Shown piece by piece: positions 25,799 through 32,000 of a stretch of 32,000 bases of DNA. The notes under the pieces are model-generated. The model was not told where the DNA came from and ran no database searches. It saw only the letters and a program-made list of their open reading frames with translations. Where the stretch lies: contig NC_000962.3 of NCBI RefSeq assembly GCF_000195955.2, forward strand, positions 270,001-302,000, in the 5' to 3' direction. Both the position numbers and the translations under genes were made by a program. Source of the DNA: Mycobacterium tuberculosis H37Rv (GTDB lineage: Bacteria > Actinomycetota > Actinomycetes > Mycobacteriales > Mycobacteriaceae). Numbering within the stretch: position 1 is the stretch's first letter; every line of letters begins with the position of its first letter.

Positions 25799-25998
25799 CG
25801 GTGATCCTGGCCGTGTCGGTCCTCTCACCTGCGGCGATAGCGATCAAATGAAGAATATGCGGAGTCTAGGGCGGCAGCGCCTGGCAGCGTAGATCATCGG
25901 CTCACGCGGATGCGGCCTCTTGGTACGGACATGCGCGCGGATGTCCGGCGAGTAGGGTCGGATGCGAAAACTACGTCCTCGGCTCTAGGGGCGAATGA

Positions 25999-26493
<495 letters not shown>

Positions 26494-26808
26494 ACGTCTA
26501 TACGGACGCCCACTTGGTCTGTCCGGACAACATAGCGGTCAGCGGCCCATTCTGGTTGCGATAAATGATGGTAGATCACGTCATTTTGCTTCCAGTAGTC
26601 GTGCCCATGTTTGAGAGGCACAACTATTGGTCGCTTTCATTCGTTGCGCGCAGACCGGTCTTTGTATGACGATGATGGGAAGTTCTATCTGCCGCCAAAA
26701 GCAGAATGGCAGGACGCAGGATGAAGCGATGAGCCGACCCGCCGGAACCGGTTTCCGGGAACGGGTGGGATGCATGCCCACTTGAGGTCTCGCGGCAGGC
26801 GGTGGAGC

Positions 26809-28119
26809 GTGGCAAAAACGTCGCATCGGGTGAGCAGCGCCGATGGCATGAGTAAGCGTATTTTGCGTTTGATAATCGCGCAGAGCGGCTTCTATAGCGC
26901 CGCACTTCAGCTCGGGAATGTCTCGATCGTTCTACCGTTTGTGGTAGCCGAGCTCGACGCCGAATTGTGGATAGCGGCTCTTATTTTTCCTGCATTCACG
27001 GCCGGTGGGGCGATCGGGAATGTGGTCGCGCCGCCGGCGGTGGCCGCCGTTCCACGCCGTCACCGATTGTTCATTATTGTGTCCTGTTTGGCCGTCCTGG
27101 CTGGCGTCAATGCCTTGTGCGCAACCATCGGCAAAGGAAGCGTCGCTGGAATCCTATTGGTGGTCAATGTGACGCTGATCGGGGTCGTTTCGGCGATCTC
27201 CTTCGTCGCCTTCGCGGATCTGGTGGCGGCTATGCCATCAGGAACCGCCCGAGCCCGCATTCTTCTTACCGAGGTCGGAGTAGGGGCGGCTTTGACGGCC
27301 GTGGTGGCGGCGACGCTGTCATTCGTACCCGACCAACACCCATTAAGCAGGAACATTCACCTACTGTGGACGGCAGCCGTGGCAATGGCTATCTCGGCGG
27401 CCATATGCCGGGCATTGCCTCACCGGATCGTCCCCAGGGTCCATGCGGCGCCCGGTCTGCACAAACTCGTGTACGTCGGTTGGACGGCTATCCGAACCAA
27501 TGGTTGGTATCGTCGGTACCTGCTTGTGCAGGTACTCTTTGGCTCGGTCGTGCTCGGGTCCTCGTTCCACAGCATTCGCGTCGCCGCCGTACCCGGGGAC
27601 CAGCCCGACGAGGTCGTTGCCGTCGTCCTTTTCGTCTGCGTCGGACTCTTGGGTGGGATCGCGTTGTGGAACCGCGTCCGGGAGAGATTTGGCCTGGTCG
27701 GTTTGTTTGTCGGCAGTGCACTCGTTAGCATCGCCGCGGCAGTGCTATCCATCGCATTCGATTTGGCCGGAGCGTGGCCCAACGTCGTCGCCATCGGTCT
27801 GGTGATTGCACTGGTATCCATCGCCAATCAAAGCGTATTCACCGCAGGCCAACTGTGGATTGCCCGTGACGCCGAACCCGGCCTGCGAACATCCCTCATC
27901 TCCTTCGGCCAGCTCGTCATCAACGCAGGCTTAGTCGGTATGGGTTTGGCGCTGGGGTTGATTGCCCAGGATCACGATGCGGTGTGGCCGGTGATGATCG
28001 TTCTGCTGTTGAACCTGACGGCTGCCTACTCAGCGACGCGGTTCGCTCCAGCCAAGTCCGTGGATGTTCGTGGCTTGCCTCAGGTTTCGCGCACTTCCCG
28101 ACCTAAAACCGGGGGTTAG
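26809..28119 (+). CDS. Polytopic (about 12 TM) MFS-like membrane transporter (Rv0246)
   Basis: ORF track 26770..28119. The start is ambiguous: GTG 26809 gives 436 aa and ATG 26848 gives MSKRILRL.... The protein is hydrophobic throughout. Confidence 0.85.
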   Translation: MAKTSHRVSSADGMSKRILRLIIAQSGFYSAALQLGNVSIVLPFVVAELDAELWIAALIFPAFTAGGAIGNVVAPPAVAAVPRRHRLFIIVSCLAVLAGVNALCATIGKGSVAGILLVVNVTLIGVVSAISFVAFADLVAAMPSGTARARILLTEVGVGAALTAVVAATLSFVPDQHPLSRNIHLLWTAAVAMAISAAICRALPHRIVPRVHAAPGLHKLVYVGWTAIRTNGWYRRYLLVQVLFGSVVLGSSFHSIRVAAVPGDQPDEVVAVVLFVCVGLLGGIALWNRVRERFGLVGLFVGSALVSIAAAVLSIAFDLAGAWPNVVAIGLVIALVSIANQSVFTAGQLWIARDAEPGLRTSLISFGQLVINAGLVGMGLALGLIAQDHDAVWPVMIVLLLNLTAAYSATRFAPAKSVDVRGLPQVSRTSRPKTGG

Positions 28120-28862
28120 CGGCGAAACAGCTTGCTGCCCAGCCATACCACCGGATCATACTTGCGGTCGGCGACCCGTTCTTTCATCGGGATCAGGGCA
28201 TTGTCGGTGATCTTGATGTTTTCTGGGCACACTTCGGTGCAGCACTTGGTGATATTGCAGTAGCCCAGGCCGTGCTCTTCCTGTGCTTGGCTGCGTCGGT
28301 CCCGGGTGTCCAGCGGATGCATTTCGAGTTCGGCGATTCGCATCAGGAAGCGGGGGCCGGCGAACGCATCCTTGTTTTCCTCGTGATCGCGAACTACGTG
28401 GCAGACGTTTTGGCACAGGAAGCATTCAATGCACTTGCGGAACTCCTGCGAGCGTGCAACGTCGACTTGCGCCATTCGGTACTCGCTGGGCTGTAGCTCC
28501 TTGGGTGGCGCGAAAGACGGGATCTCGCGCGCTTTTTGGTAGTTGAACGAGACGTCGGTAACAAGATCGCGAATCACCGGAAACGTCCGCATTGGGGTGA
28601 CCGTGACGATCTCGTCCTCGTCGAATGTCGACATCCGCGTCATGCACATCAGTCGCGGTTTGCCGTTGATCTCGGCCGAGCAGGATCCGCACTTGCCAGC
28701 TTTGCAATTCCAGCGCACTGCGAGATCCGGTGTCTGCGTCTGTTGTAGACGGAGGATGACGTCCAGCACGACCTCGCCCTCGTTGACCTCCACGGTGAAT
28801 TCGCGGAGTTCGCCACAGCTTTCGTCTCCGCGCCACACCCGCATACTCGCGCTGTACGTCAT
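28116..28862 (-). CDS. Succinate dehydrogenase / fumarate reductase iron-sulfur subunit (248 aa, Rv0247c)
   Basis: ORF track. Three Cys clusters: CKAGKCGSCSAEING (2Fe-2S), CIECFLCQNVC (4Fe-4S) and CTEVCP (3Fe-4S). Confidence 0.95.
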   Translation of the reverse strand: MTYSASMRVWRGDESCGELREFTVEVNEGEVVLDVILRLQQTQTPDLAVRWNCKAGKCGSCSAEINGKPRLMCMTRMSTFDEDEIVTVTPMRTFPVIRDLVTDVSFNYQKAREIPSFAPPKELQPSEYRMAQVDVARSQEFRKCIECFLCQNVCHVVRDHEENKDAFAGPRFLMRIAELEMHPLDTRDRRSQAQEEHGLGYCNITKCCTEVCPENIKITDNALIPMKERVADRKYDPVVWLGSKLFRR

Positions 28863-30803
28863 TTAGCCTCTCCGTCCTGGATGCTCGGCCAGCTCTTCGT
28901 CGGTGTAGTATTTCTCCAACTCCGAGATCTCGAAGAGCTCCAGCAAGTCGGGTCGCATGGGCGTTTGCAGCTGCTGGGTGACGTTGATGTGGCAGTTGGA
29001 GTCGCCGGACCCGCTGCCACCGGTGCCCATGGTTTCGGTGGCCCGGCATACCAGCAAGATCCTGCGCCAGTTGGGGTCCATACCGGGATGGTCGTCTCGG
29101 GTGTGGCCGCCTCGGCTTTCGGTGCGCTGTAGCGCAGCTCTGGCCACGCACTCGCTGACCAGCAACATGTTGCGCAGGTCGATGGACAGGTTCCAGCCCG
29201 GATTGTATTGACGGTGACCTTCGACGAGTACGTTGTGGTAGCGCGACCACAGCTCGGCCAAAAGAGTCAGCGCCCTGGATATTTCGTCGGCGTTGCGGAT
29301 GATACCGACCAGATCGTTCATCACGTACTGCAAGTCCATATGCAGCGCGTACGGATTCTCCGGCGCCGAGCCGTCTTTCGGTCCTTCGAAGGGGCTCAGC
29401 GCCTGCTGGGCCGCCGCATCGATAGCCTCCGCTGAAACCGCTGGCCGGCTGCTCAGTGCCCGTACGTAATCCGCTGCGCCCAGGCCGGCCCGCCGGCCGA
29501 ATACCAGCAGATCGGACAGCGAATTGCCGCCCAGCCGGTTGGAGCCGTGCATACCGCCGGCACACTCACCGGCAGCGAACAGGCCTGGCACCGTGGCGGC
29601 GCCGGTGTCCGCGTCTACTTCGACACCGCCCATCACGTAGTGACACGTCGGCCCGACTTCCATTGCCTGCGTTGTGATATCGACTTCAGCGAGCTCTTTG
29701 AACTGGTGATACATCGACGGCAATCGCCGTTTGATCTCGGCGGGTGTCAGCCGGGATGCGATGTCGAGGTAGACGCCGCCGTGCGGGGTACCGCGGCCGG
29801 CCTTGACCTCTGAGTTGATCGCGCGCGCGACCTCGTCGCGGGGCAGCAAGTCCGGGGTGCGTCGGGCCGAGTCGTTGTCCTTAAGCCACTGGTCGGCCTC
29901 TTCCTCCGTCTCGGCGTACTGGCCCTTGAACACCGGCGGAATGTAGTCGAACATGAAGCGAGAGTTCTCCGAGTTTTTGAGCACTCCGCCGTCGCCGCGA
30001 ACACCCTCAGTGACCAGAATTCCCTTGACACTGGGCGGCCACACCATGCCCGTCGGGTGGAACTGGACGAACTCCATGTTGATCAGCGTCGCCCCGGCCC
30101 GCAGTGCCAACGCGTGCCCGTCTCCGGTGTACTCCCAGGAGTTGGATGTCACCTTGAACGACTTGCCGATCCCGCCAGTGGCAAGCACCACCGCTGGCGC
30201 CTCGAACACGATGAACCGGCCGCTTTCCCGCCAGTAGCCGAAGGCTCCGGCGATCGCGCCTTGGTCCTTGAGCAGTTCGGTGATGGTGCATTCGGCGAAC
30301 ACTTTGATCCGCGCTTCGTAGTCGCCGAGCTCGGCGTGGTCCTCCTGCTGCAGCGAGACAACCTTTTGCTGCAGGGTGCGGATCAACTCCAGGCCGGTGC
30401 GGTCGCCGACGTGCGCCAGTCGCGGATAGGTGTGTCCGCCGAAGTTGCGCTGACTGATTCGGCCATCGTCGGTGCGGTCGAACAGCGCGCCGTAGGTCTC
30501 CAACTCCCAGACCCGGTCCGGCGCCTCCTTGGCGTGCAGCTCGGCCATACGCCAGTTGTTCAGGAACTTTCCACCGCGCATCGTGTCGCCGAAGTGAGTC
30601 TTCCAATTGTCCTTCGGGTTGGCGTTGCCCATCGCGGCCGCGCAGCCGCCTTCGGCCATGACCGTGTGGGCCTTGCCGAATAGGGATTTGCACACGACGG
30701 CTACTTTCAAGCCGCGTTCCCGCGCCTCGATGACCGCGCGTAACCCCGCGCCGCCGGCACCGATCACGACTACGTCGTAGGAGTGCCGCTCGACCTCAAC
30801 CAT
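28863..30803 (-). CDS. Succinate dehydrogenase / fumarate reductase flavoprotein subunit (646 aa, Rv0248c)
   Basis: ORF track. FAD-binding site VVVIGAGGAGLRA, the histidine region AHTVMAEGG and FHPTG. The stop abuts the start of the Fe-S subunit gene. Confidence 0.95.
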   Translation of the reverse strand: MVEVERHSYDVVVIGAGGAGLRAVIEARERGLKVAVVCKSLFGKAHTVMAEGGCAAAMGNANPKDNWKTHFGDTMRGGKFLNNWRMAELHAKEAPDRVWELETYGALFDRTDDGRISQRNFGGHTYPRLAHVGDRTGLELIRTLQQKVVSLQQEDHAELGDYEARIKVFAECTITELLKDQGAIAGAFGYWRESGRFIVFEAPAVVLATGGIGKSFKVTSNSWEYTGDGHALALRAGATLINMEFVQFHPTGMVWPPSVKGILVTEGVRGDGGVLKNSENSRFMFDYIPPVFKGQYAETEEEADQWLKDNDSARRTPDLLPRDEVARAINSEVKAGRGTPHGGVYLDIASRLTPAEIKRRLPSMYHQFKELAEVDITTQAMEVGPTCHYVMGGVEVDADTGAATVPGLFAAGECAGGMHGSNRLGGNSLSDLLVFGRRAGLGAADYVRALSSRPAVSAEAIDAAAQQALSPFEGPKDGSAPENPYALHMDLQYVMNDLVGIIRNADEISRALTLLAELWSRYHNVLVEGHRQYNPGWNLSIDLRNMLLVSECVARAALQRTESRGGHTRDDHPGMDPNWRRILLVCRATETMGTGGSGSGDSNCHINVTQQLQTPMRPDLLELFEISELEKYYTDEELAEHPGRRG

Positions 30804-30833
30804 AAAACCTCGCTCAGCTTCTGAAACGATCCT

Positions 30834-31655
30834 TCAGCCAATAAATCTGAGATCTGTGATGCTGCCACTGGCCACCAGCATGATGTAGAAATCGGTGAGC
30901 GCCAGGGTCCCCAGCGTGATCCACGCGAATTGCATGTGTCGGGTATTGAGCTTGCTGACCTGTGTCCAGATCCAGTATCGCACTGGGTGCTTGGAGAAAT
31001 GCTTGAGCCGACCGCCGGTGGCGTGCCGGCACGAATGGCACGAGATGGTGTATGCCCACAGCAGAACCACATTGATCGTCAAAATGACATTGCCCAAACC
31101 GAAGCCGAATCCGGACGGCGAGTGAAATGCCGCGATCGCGTCATAGGTGTTGATCAGCGACACCACCACCGCGATATAGAAGAAATACCGGTGGGTGTTC
31201 TGGACGATCAGCGGAAGCCGGGTTTCACCGGTGTAATGAGCCCGCGGCTCGGGCACTGCGCAGCTTGTCGGCGACTGCCATACCGACCGGTAGTAGGCCT
31301 TGCGGTAATAATAGCAGGTGAGCCGGAATCCAAGCAGGAACGGTAATACCATCGCTCCCAACGGAATCCACCCTGGAAAATGCCCGAACCAGACGCCGAG
31401 ATGACTGGCGCCGGGCTGGCAGGACGCGCTGACGCACGGCGAGTAGAACGGCGTCAGGTAATGATATTTTTCCACCCAGTATTGGCTGCCCCAGAACGCC
31501 CGAGTGGTCGCATAGCAGATGAACGCCAAAAGACCGAGGTTGGTCAGCAGCGGTGGCAACCACCAGAGGTCGGTGCGAAGCGTCCGTTCTGGGATTTGTG
31601 CGCGGGTGGGTGTGAAAACGCCGATCGCAGGACGGTTCGCCGTGGGTGCGCTCAT
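30834..31655 (-). CDS. Succinate dehydrogenase membrane-anchor subunit (273 aa, Rv0249c)
   Basis: ORF track. Five to six TM helices. It is the first gene of the three-gene unit. The Cys/His cluster ISCHSCRH is at 31023-31040. Confidence 0.9.
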   Translation of the reverse strand: MSAPTANRPAIGVFTPTRAQIPERTLRTDLWWLPPLLTNLGLLAFICYATTRAFWGSQYWVEKYHYLTPFYSPCVSASCQPGASHLGVWFGHFPGWIPLGAMVLPFLLGFRLTCYYYRKAYYRSVWQSPTSCAVPEPRAHYTGETRLPLIVQNTHRYFFYIAVVVSLINTYDAIAAFHSPSGFGFGLGNVILTINVVLLWAYTISCHSCRHATGGRLKHFSKHPVRYWIWTQVSKLNTRHMQFAWITLGTLALTDFYIMLVASGSITDLRFIG

Positions 31656-31706
31656 CTAATGTGATCCTCTTCGCGTGTTATCTCGTCGAAGGGTACACAG
31701 AGAACG

Positions 31707-31726
31707 GCCCCCTTTTTCTGGGGGGC
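31707..31726 (-). terminator. Short GC hairpin between Rv0250c and the sdh unit
   Basis: In minus sense the sequence is GCCCCC-CAGAAAAA-GGGGGC, followed by GTTCTCTGTGT. It lies 9 nt downstream of the Rv0250c stop. Confidence 0.4.
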
Positions 31727-31734
31727 TCGGTTGT

Positions 31735-32000
31735 TCAGTACCTGTGACCTCCGACACCCTCATCGTCGACATCGCGCCAAAATTCGCGATCGTACTCGGT
31801 GTCGGGGATGGCGATTTTCTCGCTGGGTTGCGGTACGGCGGCCCGTTCCAGGTCTAATTCAGAGACGTCGGTGTCGAGCAATTCGATGTCGGTGAGGATC
31901 CGGTCGGCATCGATCACGATGCGACGCGTTGCCGGGTTGTCGCCGAATCGCGCCTTCAGTGCGGTCACGCACCGCCGCAGTCCGCCGACGAGGTCGTGCA
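31735..32000 (-). CDS. Small acidic conserved protein; its 5' end lies beyond the window (Rv0250c)
   Basis: The ORF track lists 31735..31968, but the frame stays open to position 32000 (...HDLVGGLRRC-VTALKARFGDNP...). The protein is acidic with no recognisable domain. Confidence 0.7.
   Translation of the reverse strand, partial: HDLVGGLRRCVTALKARFGDNPATRRIVIDADRILTDIELLDTDVSELDLERAAVPQPSEKIAIPDTEYDREFWRDVDDEGVGGHRY

Noticed and set aside
25848-25892. 14-codon sORF (MKNMRSLGRQRLAA) in the fadE5/Rv0245 gap
   Set aside because: It is too short, has no SD, and I cannot assess conservation. It is indistinguishable from chance.
31691-31696. GGGTAC hexamer resembling a SigF -10 upstream of the Rv0250c/sdh gap
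   Set aside because: There is no GGTTT-like -35 at 15-17 nt spacing on the + strand, and nothing is transcribed in that direction. In minus sense the same bases may form a TACCCT -10-like hexamer for the sdh unit, but support is weak.

Overview
High-GC actinobacterial DNA. I recognise every long ORF as part of the Mycobacterium tuberculosis complex core chromosome, the block known in H37Rv as Rv0226c to Rv0250c. This identification rests on my recognition of the protein sequences and lengths, not on a database search. I call 26 CDS, two of them cut by the window edges. In order they are: a cell-envelope cluster (Rv0226c, Rv0227c, Rv0228 acyltransferase); a VapBC pair hidden under one long ORF; php; fadE4; a TetR gene translationally coupled to the R2lox-type nrdB; gabD1; an LMF1-like membrane protein; aftD with the small Rv0236A; lpqI; a second TetR; vapBC24; htdX-fabG4; fadA2; fadE5; a flavin reductase; a 12-TM transporter; the three-gene Sdh1-type succinate dehydrogenase; and Rv0250c. 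I found no rRNA, tRNA, CRISPR array, IS element or prophage. One small RNA is supported by a SigF-type promoter plus a canonical terminator in the fadA2/fadE5 gap. I believe this is the already described sRNA F6. I do not see a convincing previously undescribed multi-gene system, because all sizeable ORFs are accounted for. The leads worth following are regulatory or annotational. (1) Related AT-rich operator-like palindromes recur upstream of the TetR gene at 18428, in the fabG4/fadA2 divergent region and in the fadE5 leader, which suggests a local lipid-oxidation regulon. (2) The fadE5 leader is unusually dense in repeats. (3) A vapB/vapC pair with a leaderless-type promoter is masked by a 302-aa ORF. 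(4) A perfect 30-bp-stem palindrome lies between nrdB and gabD1. (5) A 39-bp tandem repeat lies in the Rv0227c/Rv0228 divergent region. (6) The long gabD1 start looks wrong. (7) A low-GC 315-bp gap lies upstream of the transporter gene. Intergenic coordinates were hand-indexed and may be off by 1-2 nt.
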